NCBI GenBank assembly: GCA_031411855.1
Contig: JANOBW010000169.1
Coordinates: 3,414-67,413 of the forward strand
Direction: 5' to 3'
From: Opitutia bacterium
GTDB lineage: Bacteria; Verrucomicrobiota; Verrucomicrobiia; Opitutales; JANOBW01
DNA length: 64,000 nucleotides
Every line of letters starts with the position of its first letter. Position 1 is the stretch's first letter. A model generated the notes under the pieces. The model had not been told where the DNA came from. It saw only the letters and a list, made by a program, of their open reading frames with translations, and searched no databases. A program made the position numbers and the translations under genes. Below, piece by piece: positions 43,900 to 53,401 of the stretch.

Positions 43900-46800
43900 A
43901 TGAAACTATCCCGCCTCCTTCTGTCCCTTTCCAGCCTGTCCCTCGTGCCGCTGGGCGCGGCCGATTTCGTCAAACTGCAGAACACCAACGCCCTCAACAC
44001 CGCCGCCGCCTGGTCCGGCGCCGCCGTCCCCGGCGCGGCCGATGTGTTTGTCTGGGACGCCACTTACACCACCCCGGGCGCGCCCGCCTCCCTCTCCCCG
44101 CTGGGTGGCGACACCCAGATCGCGGGCATCCGTGTCGGGGCGGTCGGGGGCGCCCGCAACGCCGCCACCACCCAGGTCGGCTTCCAGGACGCCAGCTCCC
44201 TCAGCACCCTCACGCTCGGGGCCTCCGGCATCAACATGTCCGCCGCCACCCAGGCCATGCTCATCCAGTCGCGCCTCACCCTCGGGGCTAGCCAGACCTG
44301 GAATGTTGCGAACGCCAACACCGGCACCAACCCGATGACCCTGAACGTGGGCGAGGATCTCCTCTTCCTGGCTGCCGCTGCCGGGGTTCCGGTCAACCTC
44401 GGCGGTTTCACGGTCACCAAGACGGGCGCCGGTGTGGCCGCCTTCTCCTCCGGGCACACCATTTTCAACGGAAACTTTGTCGTTAACGAAGGAACCCTCC
44501 ACATCCAGAGCGGAACCAGCCGGGTCACCACGGTGGGATCGGACGTGGCCTTCGCCGTCAACACCGGCGGCACCTTCCAGATCGCCGTCCAGTCCAACGA
44601 TGTGAACTTCGCCGGCCGCGTCACCCTCAACGCGGGAGGTTCGCTCGCCCTCAACAACGCCCAGGCCAAAACCCTCAATTTCAGCGGCCCGGTCGCGGTC
44701 GCGGGTGACTCCAACCTGATCGTTCGGGCGCAGCTCAGTGGCAGCAACGTCACCACTACCATCCTCAACTTCACCGGAGACCTGACCGGGGCCGCCAATC
44801 TCACCTACCTCAACACCTCGGCCAACTTCCTCCGCATGCTGGGCGACAACTCGGCCTTCACCGGGACGCTCACCCTCAACGGCGCGAGCGGCAACCGCAC
44901 CCTCCGCCTGGATTCCGCCTCCTCCGGCAGCGCCGCCGCCACCTGGGTGGTCAACGCCGGCAACTCCCTGCTCTCCAACGGCGTGGAGGTCCAGCTGGGC
45001 ACCCTGGGCGGCGCGGGTTCGCTGGGCGCGGCCTCCGGGGCCGCCACGTTCCATGTCGGCGCGGGCAGTTTCCCCGGTGTCATCGCCAACACCTCGGGCG
45101 TCGTCAGCCTGGACAAGGTGGGGCCGGGAAAACTGACCCTGACCGGGGCGAACACCTACACCGGCGCCACCACGGTCACGGCCGGCACCCTCGTCACCAC
45201 CACGGCCCATTCCGGCACCGCCTCCGTCGCCGTGGCCGACGGGGCCGTCTTTGCCGTCCAGACCGTCTCGCCCGGAGCCACCTTCAGCACCCCGTCCCTT
45301 TCCCTCGGCTCCGCCTCGGGCGCGGTGCTGGAAGTCAATGTCGGGGCGTCCGGCAACCCCTCCGCCGCCCCCGTCACGGCCTCTTCCTTCACGGTCGCCG
45401 CGCCCTCCATCCTCCGTGTTTCCGGTTCGTCCCTGCTCCCCGGGACCTTCCCCGTCCTGGCCTACGCGGGCGCCATCGGCGGACAGGGTTTGCCCGGGCT
45501 CACCCTGTCCCTGCCACCGCGCACCCTGGGCTCCCTGGCGGACAACCCCGGGGTAGGGCTCAGCGTCACGATCGGTTCCATCGAGCAGATCCGCTGGAAC
45601 GGCGACATCAGCGGCGTGTGGGACGCCGACACCGTGGGCGACGATTCCACCGGCACGGCCAACTGGAAGACCACCATCAGCCATGCCTCCACCCGCTACC
45701 GCCAGACCTCCTCCGGGACAGACTCGGTCACTTTTGACGACAACGCCACCGGCAGCGCCACCGTTTCGCTCGCCGGCACCCTGACCCCCGGAGGCGTTTC
45801 GGTCAGCGCCGAAACCCACGACTTCATCTTGGCCGGCCCCGGGCTCATCTCCTGCCCCACGCCTCTCCTCAAGTCCGGCGCGGGCTCCCTCACCGTCGCC
45901 AACACCGGCCTCAACAGTTTCACCGGCGGCATCACCCTGAACGCGGGGACCGTTTCGATCGGCGACGGCGCCACCCCGGGCGCGGGCAACCTGGCGGGAG
46001 CCGTGTCCCTGGGCGGCACCCTGGTCCTCAACCGGCCCGACGACGTGTCCTTCGCCCTTGCTCCCTCGGGTGCCGGCACCCTGCGCAAAAAACAGGCCTC
46101 GACCGTCACCCTGAGTGGCGCGGCCAACCTCTCCGGTCCGCTCGAACTTGAGGCGGGCAAACTCGTCCTGTCCGGGGGCGGCACGGTTTCCGGGCTCATC
46201 TCCGGCGCGGGCGGCCTGGAGGCGGCGGGCGGGACCCTCCTGCTCAACGGCGCGGCCCCCAACACCTTCGCCGGCCCCACCGCCGTTTCGGCGGGAACGT
46301 TGCAGCTCAACAACTTGGGCGGAGTTTCCACCGGCGGCGATGTCGCCGTCACCGGCGGCGGGACCCTGGCCATCCTGGCCAACGAGCAGATCCCGGACAC
46401 CGCCACCCTCCGCATCCTCGGCACCAGCGCCGACTCCCTCGCCGGCACCACCGGCACCGAGACGGTCGCCAACGTCATTGTCAACCCGTCCGTGCCCACC
46501 GGCCAGCTCGTCATGCGCAACGGCTTCACCGTCACCGGCCTGGCCACCCTGAACCTGGGCGTCCTCGGCGCGGCCTCCTCCCACACCGCCACCCTCAACA
46601 GCCTGGTCATGACCGGCGGCACCCTCCGCATCGCCGGCAGCGGCGGCCCCTCCGTCCTCAACATCGGGCCCGGCGGCATCACCGCCTCGGGCGGCGTCAT
46701 CGAGGTCAAGTTCAACACCAACGCCCAGGACGCCACCCTCAACCTGGGGGGCGACTTCACCGCCACGGCCGACATCGCCATCAACAACGCCGGCTTCACC

Positions 46801-47826
46801 GGTGCCAACCTCAACGTCATCAACCTCATCGGCCAACGGAACTTTGACCTCGCCGCCGGCACCACCACCACGGTGGCCCCTGATTTCGGCGGGGCCGGCA
46901 CCCTCGTCAAAAAGGGAGCCGGCACCCTTGTCCTCGGCCCTTCCTGCGCCGCCGCCCACACCGGTGGCACCATCGTCTCGGAGGGAACCCTGGTGGTGAA
47001 CGGGACCATCGGCGATCTCACCGTGGACGGTGCGGCCTCGGTCCTGGCGGGAGGGGGAACCGCCGGCAACATCACGGCCAACACCGGCGCCACCGTCTCG
47101 CCCGGGCAGGGCGGCGCGGGCCGCCTCACCCTCGGCAGCCTGACCCTCGCCCCCACCGCCCAGGTTCTGTGCGAGGCCATCTCCAACGGCAACAACGACT
47201 CCCTCAACGTCACCGGCGCCCTCACCCTCGGCGGCACCGTCCGCCTGACCCTGGCCGGAGGTTACACCCCGGTCCCCGGGGACAGTTTCGACCTGTTTGA
47301 CGCCGCCACCGTGGACGCGACCAACTTCAACGCCTCCACGGGCCTGGTCCTGCCCGCCCTTCCGGCCGGAAGCGTCTGGAACACCTCGGCCTTTGCCACC
47401 ACCGGAGTGCTCTCCGTCGCCGCCGGGAACCCCTTCCTCGCCTGGCAGCAACTCTACTTCAACGCCGAGGAACTGGGCGACGCGCTGGTCTCCGGAGCGA
47501 CCGCCGATCCCGATGGGGACGGCCTGACCAATGCCGTCGAATTCGCCCTCGGAGGCCTTCCCCGTTCGCCCACACCGGCCTCCCTCCGTCCCGCCGCCTC
47601 GCTTTCCAGCGGCTCGCTCCGCCTCACCTTCCGCCGCCCGTCCGGCGGTGTCGCCGGTGTCACCTACGGGTTCAAGGTCAGCGACCAGCCCGGCTCCGGC
47701 TGGACCGCCACCACCGACTACACGCAGACCGTCCAGGCCAACGGCGACGGCACCGAGACGGTCACGGTGACGTTCGGCCCCTCCCTTTCGCCCTCCCGCT
47801 TCGCCCAGCTTTCCGTCGGCTTCTGA
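43900..47826 (+). CDS. 1308-aa secreted protein with autotransporter-associated beta-strand (PATR) repeats and a C-terminal DxDxDG-EFALG module
   Basis: Signal peptide MKLSRLLLSLSSLSLVPLGAADF. Repeated units include KVGPGKLTLTGANTYTGATTVTAGTLV, KSGAGSLTVANTGLNSFTGGITLNAGTVSIG and KKGAGTLVLGPSCAAAHTGGTIVSEGTLVVNG. The tail reads ADPDGDGLTNAVEFALGGLP... Confidence 0.8.
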   Translation: MKLSRLLLSLSSLSLVPLGAADFVKLQNTNALNTAAAWSGAAVPGAADVFVWDATYTTPGAPASLSPLGGDTQIAGIRVGAVGGARNAATTQVGFQDASSLSTLTLGASGINMSAATQAMLIQSRLTLGASQTWNVANANTGTNPMTLNVGEDLLFLAAAAGVPVNLGGFTVTKTGAGVAAFSSGHTIFNGNFVVNEGTLHIQSGTSRVTTVGSDVAFAVNTGGTFQIAVQSNDVNFAGRVTLNAGGSLALNNAQAKTLNFSGPVAVAGDSNLIVRAQLSGSNVTTTILNFTGDLTGAANLTYLNTSANFLRMLGDNSAFTGTLTLNGASGNRTLRLDSASSGSAAATWVVNAGNSLLSNGVEVQLGTLGGAGSLGAASGAATFHVGAGSFPGVIANTSGVVSLDKVGPGKLTLTGANTYTGATTVTAGTLVTTTAHSGTASVAVADGAVFAVQTVSPGATFSTPSLSLGSASGAVLEVNVGASGNPSAAPVTASSFTVAAPSILRVSGSSLLPGTFPVLAYAGAIGGQGLPGLTLSLPPRTLGSLADNPGVGLSVTIGSIEQIRWNGDISGVWDADTVGDDSTGTANWKTTISHASTRYRQTSSGTDSVTFDDNATGSATVSLAGTLTPGGVSVSAETHDFILAGPGLISCPTPLLKSGAGSLTVANTGLNSFTGGITLNAGTVSIGDGATPGAGNLAGAVSLGGTLVLNRPDDVSFALAPSGAGTLRKKQASTVTLSGAANLSGPLELEAGKLVLSGGGTVSGLISGAGGLEAAGGTLLLNGAAPNTFAGPTAVSAGTLQLNNLGGVSTGGDVAVTGGGTLAILANEQIPDTATLRILGTSADSLAGTTGTETVANVIVNPSVPTGQLVMRNGFTVTGLATLNLGVLGAASSHTATLNSLVMTGGTLRIAGSGGPSVLNIGPGGITASGGVIEVKFNTNAQDATLNLGGDFTATADIAINNAGFTGANLNVINLIGQRNFDLAAGTTTTVAPDFGGAGTLVKKGAGTLVLGPSCAAAHTGGTIVSEGTLVVNGTIGDLTVDGAASVLAGGGTAGNITANTGATVSPGQGGAGRLTLGSLTLAPTAQVLCEAISNGNNDSLNVTGALTLGGTVRLTLAGGYTPVPGDSFDLFDAATVDATNFNASTGLVLPALPAGSVWNTSAFATTGVLSVAAGNPFLAWQQLYFNAEELGDALVSGATADPDGDGLTNAVEFALGGLPRSPTPASLRPAASLSSGSLRLTFRRPSGGVAGVTYGFKVSDQPGSGWTATTDYTQTVQANGDGTETVTVTFGPSLSPSRFAQLSVGF

Positions 47827-47835
47827 CGGGTGGCC

Positions 47836-47863
47836 GGAAACACTTCGGCAACGAAGTGTTTCC
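47836..47863. terminator. perfect 12-bp hairpin between convergent genes (no U-tract)
   Basis: GGAAACACTTCG-GCAA-CGAAGTGTTTCC, lying between the PATR gene stop (47826) and the thiL stop (47864). Confidence 0.45.
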
Positions 47864-48841
47864 TCAGCCGAGGTGGGCGTAGCCGGCTGCGCCCACGGGC
47901 AGGCCGTCGGCGCGGTTGACCAACCGTCCGGCGGTCCCGGCGGGGGCGTTTTCGATCCGGCCCATGAGCGTGAGAGGCACCTCCGGAAACTCGCCCCGCC
48001 ACGCGGTCAGAAAGGCCTCCGGATCGGTCCCGGCCGCCAGGGCCATGACCAACTCATAGTCCTCCCCGTCGGCCAGGGCGTGGTGTTCGGCGGGCCTGCC
48101 GTCGCGGGCGGCGAGGGTGTGGGCGTCGGCGTGGAGGGGGAGTTTTGCGAGATCCAGGACCGCCGCCGTGTTTTCCGGCAGGAGTTCGGGCAGGTCCTTG
48201 GCCAGGCCGTCCGTCACATCCATGAGGGAGAGGACCTCGCCGCGTCCGGCCAGCCAGCGGCCCTCCGCCAGGCGGGGCGTGAAGTCGGCATGGCGGCCCA
48301 GGATGCTGCCGCCCAGCGCGCCGGTCACGGCCAGAAGGTCGCCCGCGCGCCCGCCCTTCCGGCTCAGGGGCCGCGCTGCGCTTCCGATCAGCGTCAGGCT
48401 GGCCGAGAGGTCGGCGGTCGTTTCGGAGATGTCTCCCCCGACGATCGCAAGTCCCGCCGCCGCCGCGGCCTCGGCCAGACCGAGGTAAAACTCCCGCAGC
48501 CAGTCCGTCCTCGTCCGGTGCGGGAGCATCAGTGCGACGACGGCGCGGTCCGGGATCCCGCCCATGGCGGCGATGTCGCTCAAGTTGCGGTTGGCCAGCT
48601 TGCGCCCGGCCCGGCGCGGGCTGACGGAGGCGTCGAAGTGGCGGCCGTAAACCACGCTGTCCACCGTCACGAGCATGGCCCCCGCGGGCTGGAAAGGCGC
48701 GGCCGCGCAGTCGTCCCCCATCCCGGCCGGGCAAGGGGGGACGACCGCGCCCAGCCAGTCGCGGAGGCGGCCGATCAGGCGGTGTTCGCCCAGGCTGGCG
48801 ACCGTTTCCGAAGGGATGTCGCTGAAGGGGTGGTGGCTCAC
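47864..48841 (-). CDS. thiL: thiamine-monophosphate kinase
   Basis: LGEHRLIGRL, GMGDDCAA, VDSVVYGRHF, NLSDIAAMGG, IVGGDIS and DGLAKDL. The proposed GTG start at 48841 overlaps the upstream CPBP stop (GTGA). The track's 559-aa version is an over-extension. Confidence 0.8.
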   Translation of the reverse strand: MSHHPFSDIPSETVASLGEHRLIGRLRDWLGAVVPPCPAGMGDDCAAAPFQPAGAMLVTVDSVVYGRHFDASVSPRRAGRKLANRNLSDIAAMGGIPDRAVVALMLPHRTRTDWLREFYLGLAEAAAAAGLAIVGGDISETTADLSASLTLIGSAARPLSRKGGRAGDLLAVTGALGGSILGRHADFTPRLAEGRWLAGRGEVLSLMDVTDGLAKDLPELLPENTAAVLDLAKLPLHADAHTLAARDGRPAEHHALADGEDYELVMALAAGTDPEAFLTAWRGEFPEVPLTLMGRIENAPAGTAGRLVNRADGLPVGAAGYAHLG

Positions 48842-49689
48842 AGTTTCGAAGGCGCGTCCATGACCAGGGCCAGCAGAAGCGAAACTCCGTTGTTCATGGC
48901 GTGCAACAGGATCGGCACCTTGAGACTGCCGTGGCGCTCGTAGGCGTAGGCCAGGAAAAGGCCGAAGAGAAACAGCGGCAGAAAACCGTAGGGGTAGAAG
49001 TGGATCCCGGCAAAAACGAGGGCGCTCAGGGCGGCCGCGTTCGTCAGCCCGACCCGCGACTTCAGCTGGCGGTAAAGTCCGGCGCGGAAGAGGGTTTCCT
49101 CGGCCAGCGGCGCCAGGACGGAGGCGGCCGCGAAGAGGAGGATTTTCACCGCCAGGGAGGCGTGCGGAAACTGTTTCAGGGCTTCCTGGGACTCGGCGTC
49201 GGGGAAAAGCAGGCTGCTGAGCTGGGAGGAGGCCACCAGGACGGGAATCCAGGCCAGGTAGAGGGGAAGTGCCCGGAGAAAGGCCCCCGGCCACCCCAGG
49301 GGGCGCTGCTCGGCCGGCGGGGGAACCGGGCGGTTGCGGAAAATCCGGGCGTGCATCCAGCAGCCGAGAAGAAACCCCGCGCCGGAGCCAAGGTGGCTGG
49401 CGACCAGCAGTTCCGGCGCGACCGGCTGGCCTTCCACCGGGTCGGGCAGGGCCAGGGCCAGTTTGGTCAGCCACACCATCTGCACCATGACGTAGAACCA
49501 CCAGAAGGTGGCGGTCAGAAGGTAGAGGCAGATTTCCCACCACTCCAGGTTCCAGGCGGCCAGTTGGACGAGGGGGGCGGGACCTTTCACCGCCCGGCGC
49601 ACCAAGGCTATGGTCCAGACCAGCAGGCCCGCCCCGAGCAGGATCGTGAGGACCGGATCGGCCGCGAGTTCTTTGAGAAATTCAGACAC
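48838..49689 (-). CDS. CPBP family intramembrane glutamic endopeptidase (CAAX protease/Abi-like)
   Basis: Polytopic, with motifs EETLFRAGLY, FAGIHF and HAMNN. Confidence 0.8.
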   Translation of the reverse strand: MSEFLKELAADPVLTILLGAGLLVWTIALVRRAVKGPAPLVQLAAWNLEWWEICLYLLTATFWWFYVMVQMVWLTKLALALPDPVEGQPVAPELLVASHLGSGAGFLLGCWMHARIFRNRPVPPPAEQRPLGWPGAFLRALPLYLAWIPVLVASSQLSSLLFPDAESQEALKQFPHASLAVKILLFAAASVLAPLAEETLFRAGLYRQLKSRVGLTNAAALSALVFAGIHFYPYGFLPLFLFGLFLAYAYERHGSLKVPILLHAMNNGVSLLLALVMDAPSKL

Positions 49690-49756
49690 ATCCTAGGGGC
49701 AACCTCTTCCCCTGCCGGGCGCAAGCCGTGATGCGTCCGGCCCAGGGCCGGGGCGC

Positions 49757-49787
49757 AAAAAAGCCCGCCGTCACGGGGAAGGCGGGC
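49757..49787 (-). terminator. rho-independent terminator after the PEP-CTERM gene
   Basis: On the minus strand: GCCCGCC-ttccccgtgac-GGCGGGC followed by TTTTTT. Confidence 0.65.
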
Positions 49788-49809
49788 CGGAGGAAAACGT
49801 TTCCGAAAC

Positions 49810-50595
49810 TCAGGACCGGCGGCGGCGCGCCACGGCGAGGCCCAGGGCGATCACCCCGGCGGCGGCGGCACAGGAGGAAGGCTCGGGCACGAAGAAGGCG
49901 TTGTAGTTGTCGTAGCCTGCCGAAAAGGTGCCAAACCCGGGGTTGGCCGTGCTGTTCAACGGGACGGAGAAAGGGAGGGATTCGTTGGAGCCGAAACCGC
50001 CGGCGGAGGCGTAGCCCGCGAAGAAGTTGATGGTGGAGCCGCGGCTGACCCCCAGGGCCGAAAGCGTGATGGAGATCTCCTTGTCGGAACCGGTAGGACC
50101 GACGAAGTTGATGAAGTTGAGGCTGCCGGCGGTCAGTTCGAAAGCGACCGAGCCGAAGTTGCCGAAGACCACGCCGAAGTCCGGCAGGATGCCGGCGGGA
50201 AAGGGGTCGTTCGCGTTGATGGCCCCGTTGGTGATGACGAGACGGCCGCCGTCGGCGGTGTCGTTCATGGTGGCGTCGCTGAATCCGCCCGTCCGGGTGT
50301 CGAGCCAGAGGGCCACGTTGTCGTTGAGTCCGGCCCCGGGTTTGAAGCCGATGTAGAGGTTGGTGGCATCGGATTCGAAGTAGAACCGTCCGCCGCCGAG
50401 AGTGCCGCCGAAACCGCTGCCCGAACCATTGGCAAACGACTGGCTGTTGCCGGTCCCGTATTCGTTGGTGCCGATGGAGTCGTTCACGGTCACCGAGGCC
50501 GATCCGGTGCTGTCGGTGAGCGTTTGGATCAGGGCCGCCGAAACCAGGCCGGGGAGCAGGGATGCGACAAGCAGGGTTGGGATGAAAGGTTTCAT
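49810..50595 (-). CDS. PEP-CTERM sorting-domain protein (exosortase substrate)
   Basis: ATG at 50595 (MKPFIPTLLVASLLPGLVSA signal). The C-terminus FVPEPSSCAAAAGVIALGLAVARRRRS is the VPEP motif, a TM helix and an Arg cluster. The track's 385-aa version is an over-extension. Confidence 0.85.
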   Translation of the reverse strand: MKPFIPTLLVASLLPGLVSAALIQTLTDSTGSASVTVNDSIGTNEYGTGNSQSFANGSGSGFGGTLGGGRFYFESDATNLYIGFKPGAGLNDNVALWLDTRTGGFSDATMNDTADGGRLVITNGAINANDPFPAGILPDFGVVFGNFGSVAFELTAGSLNFINFVGPTGSDKEISITLSALGVSRGSTINFFAGYASAGGFGSNESLPFSVPLNSTANPGFGTFSAGYDNYNAFFVPEPSSCAAAAGVIALGLAVARRRRS

Positions 50596-50772
50596 GGTGG
50601 GAATAGGTGGATGTTCTCTGCGGGTGTTCTTCCTAAGGGACAAGCGCTGATCCCGGAGTTCTGAGTGAACAGTTAACTCATGGCCAATGCCCTGTTCCCG
50701 GTGTTTCGCACCTCGGATTGGCGAAGTCCGGGCTTGTTGGGGAAAGGGGCCACCCTGTTGAATCCGGCCACC

Positions 50773-51681
50773 ATGAACCCTCCCCTGCGCGGCATTGTCC
50801 CGCCCATCCTCACCCCGCTGTCTTCTCCCGACTCCCTTGACGTGGCCGGACTCGAAAACCTGATCGAGCGGCTTCTGGCCGGCGGCGTTCACGGCATCTT
50901 CGCCCTCGGCACCACCGGCGAGGGCCCCAGCCTGAGCCACCGCCTCCGCCGCGAGATGGTCTCCCACACGCTCCGCCTCGTGAAGGGCCGCGTGCCGGTG
51001 CTGGTCGGCATCACCGACACCTCTCTGGAGGACTCGCTCGCCCTCGCCCGCTTCTCAGCCGAAGCCGGGGCCTATGCCGCCGTCCACGCCGCGCCGCCCT
51101 ACTTCCCGCTCAGCCAGGGCGAACTCTGGGGGTTTGTGCAGAAACTCAATGCCGCCCTGCCGCTCCCGCTTTTCCTCTATAACATGCCCGGGCTGACGAA
51201 GGTCACCTTCGAGAGCGACACCCTCCACCGCGCCCGCGACCTGCCCAACGTCATCGGCGTGAAGGACAGCTCCTGCGACATGATCTACTTCCACAAACTC
51301 CTCGGCGTGGCCCGCGAACGTCCGGACTGGAGCGTCCTCATCGGCCCTGAGGAAATGACCCCCGAGGCCGTCCTCTTCGGCGCGCATGGCGGCATCAACG
51401 GCGGGGCCAACCTCCACCCGCGCCTCTACGTCTCCCTCTATGAGGCCGCCGTCGCGCACAACCTACCCGAGGTCCGCCGCCTCCACGCCGAGGTCATGCG
51501 TCTGGCCGGCTCCGTTTACACCGTGAGCCCGCACCGCTCCGCCCTCATCTGCGGACTCAAGTGCGCCCTCTCCCTCCTCGGGGTCTGCCAGGACATCCCG
51601 GCCGATCCGTTCCAGCCCTTCGACGCCGCCCAGCGAAGGGAGATGCGCGCGCGGTTGGAAACGCTGGGCCTGCTGGTCTGA
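50773..51681 (+). CDS. dihydrodipicolinate synthase/N-acetylneuraminate lyase family class I aldolase
   Basis: ATG at 50773. It has GIVPPILTPL, GVHGIFALGTTGEGPSLS and the Schiff-base lysine context VIGVKDSS. Confidence 0.8.
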   Translation: MNPPLRGIVPPILTPLSSPDSLDVAGLENLIERLLAGGVHGIFALGTTGEGPSLSHRLRREMVSHTLRLVKGRVPVLVGITDTSLEDSLALARFSAEAGAYAAVHAAPPYFPLSQGELWGFVQKLNAALPLPLFLYNMPGLTKVTFESDTLHRARDLPNVIGVKDSSCDMIYFHKLLGVARERPDWSVLIGPEEMTPEAVLFGAHGGINGGANLHPRLYVSLYEAAVAHNLPEVRRLHAEVMRLAGSVYTVSPHRSALICGLKCALSLLGVCQDIPADPFQPFDAAQRREMRARLETLGLLV

Positions 51682-52077
51682 GCTCCGAAAGGAGGCGCCA
51701 AGCCCGAATCTCCAAGCACGAGATAATCAACAAGCTCCAAACCGCAAACACCCCGCGTTTCCACCTCATCGAGCCCAACCCGAGCAAAAGCCTGAGAGAC
51801 ATGAAAGCATCCCTTTTTGAGGAGCAAAGCCGCCAGCCAACCTCCCTGTTTCCCTTTGTGTTCTCTGCGTTCTTTCGCGGCCAAAATACCTCTGTGGCTC
51901 GCCGCCTGCCGTTTTCCACGCTGAAGCCCCTGGCGGTTCTGGTCACTCCCAAGGCCGCCCTCCGTGACCAACCCAACTTTTCCTTTCCTTAACAATTGCC
52001 CCCGGAGGGCGACACATGGGCTTTACGGTGATAAGGTTTACTGCGTGCGGTCAGTAAACCACCTCACCCAAACCCTC

Positions 52078-53328
52078 ATGAAAATCCGACCCCGACCCAC
52101 CCTCCGCCTCCTGGCCGCCGCCACCCTGCTGGCGGCCGGAGTGATGACCGCCCAACCCCAGCGGGGACGTCCGCAGGAGCCCGCGCAACGTCCCCAGCAC
52201 AACCCCAACCCGCCCATGCCGCCGCCGCCCGCCCCGGTTTTCGGCTCGCCCTTGGCGGGACTTACCCCCGAGCAAAAAGCCGCGTTTTCCGTTGGCGCCG
52301 AGGAGTTTGAAAACGAGGAAACCCCGGAGGGCGGCCTCGGCCCGATCTTCAACAACGTTTCCTGTGTGGCCTGCCATTCCTCCGGCGGGGTGGGAGGGGG
52401 AAGTGACGTTGTGGTGACCCGCTTCGGACGGATGGTGAATGGAAAGTTTGACCCGCTCGACAGCCAGGGAGGCTCCCTGCTCCAGGATTTCGCCATTGAT
52501 GCCTCCGCCCAGGAGGTCATCCCGGCCGAGGCCAACGTCATCGCGCACCGCCAGTCCACGCCGCTCTTTGGCCTCGGCCTGATTGAGGCGATCCCGGATG
52601 AAACCCTCCGCCAGAGCGCCCGCCGTCCCAAACCCGACGGGGTCAAGGGCCGGGTGTCCGAGGTGACCGACATCACGACCGGCCAGGCCCGGGTGGGCCG
52701 TTTCGGATGGAAGGCCCAGCAGGCCGGGCTGCTCGCGTTCGCCGGTGACGCCTACCTCAACGAGATGGGCATCACGAGCCGCTTCTTTCCCGTGGAAAAC
52801 GCCCCGAATGGCAATCTCGTCGTCCTGGCCCGCTTTGACAGCGTGGCCGACCCGGAGGATGCTCCCGATCCGGTGACGGACAAGGGTGACATTGACGCCG
52901 CCGCCGACTTCATGCGCCTGCTGGCCCCCCCGCCGCGCCTACCCCTGACCACCGGGGCGCGCAACGGCGAGTCCGTCTTCAATCAAATCGGCTGCGCCAC
53001 CTGCCACCAGCCGGTCTTGCAGACGGGAAAGAGTCCCATTGCCGCGCTGGACCGCAAGCCGGTCAACCTCTACTCCGACCTGCTCCTGCACGACATGGGC
53101 GCCCTGGGTGACGGCATCGCCCAAGGCACCGCCTCCACCCGCGAGATGCGGACCTCCCCGCTCTGGGGTCTGCGCGCGAGCGGACCCTACCTCCATGATG
53201 GCCGGGCCGAAACGGTGGACGATGCCATCCGCGCCCACGAGGGCGAGGGGAGCCGCTCCCGCGACCGCTACCGGCAGCTTAACCCGCGCCAGCGCCGCGA
53301 CCTGCTTGATTTCCTGAACTCCATCTGA
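52078..53328 (+). CDS. secreted di-haem cytochrome c protein (DUF1111 / di-haem oxidoreductase-peroxidase-like)
   Basis: ATG at 52078 (MKIRPRPTLRLLAAATLLAAGVMTA signal). Two CxxCH haem sites are present (VSCVACHS and IGCATCHQ), along with GRFGWKAQ and SPLWGL motifs. Confidence 0.7.
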   Translation: MKIRPRPTLRLLAAATLLAAGVMTAQPQRGRPQEPAQRPQHNPNPPMPPPPAPVFGSPLAGLTPEQKAAFSVGAEEFENEETPEGGLGPIFNNVSCVACHSSGGVGGGSDVVVTRFGRMVNGKFDPLDSQGGSLLQDFAIDASAQEVIPAEANVIAHRQSTPLFGLGLIEAIPDETLRQSARRPKPDGVKGRVSEVTDITTGQARVGRFGWKAQQAGLLAFAGDAYLNEMGITSRFFPVENAPNGNLVVLARFDSVADPEDAPDPVTDKGDIDAAADFMRLLAPPPRLPLTTGARNGESVFNQIGCATCHQPVLQTGKSPIAALDRKPVNLYSDLLLHDMGALGDGIAQGTASTREMRTSPLWGLRASGPYLHDGRAETVDDAIRAHEGEGSRSRDRYRQLNPRQRRDLLDFLNSI

Positions 53329-53335
53329 ACCTCCT

Positions 53336-53371
53336 CACCCTGCCGTGTTTGACTCCGGCAGGGTGTTTTTT
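53336..53371 (+). terminator. rho-independent terminator after the di-haem protein gene
   Basis: CACCCTGCCG (53336-53345) pairs with CGGCAGGGTG (53356-53365) and is followed by TTTTTT. Confidence 0.75.
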
Positions 53372-53401
53372 GCGGTCCTCGCCGGGAGTGGACCCGGGGT
53401 C

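Noticed and set aside
43906-47451. Very long antisense or overprinted ORFs. Examples are 43906-47451(-) at 1181 aa, 55584-58757(-) at 1057 aa, 30883-32868(+) at 661 aa, 62214-63971(-) at 585 aa, 11014-12744(-), 7695-9164(-), 14846-16174(-), 17033-18130(-), and many 60-400-aa ORFs.
   Set aside because: Their translations are Gly/Arg/Pro/Ala low-complexity strings with no motifs. In each case the opposite strand or another frame encodes a protein with clear family signatures. Stop-poor antisense frames are expected at this GC content and GC3 bias.
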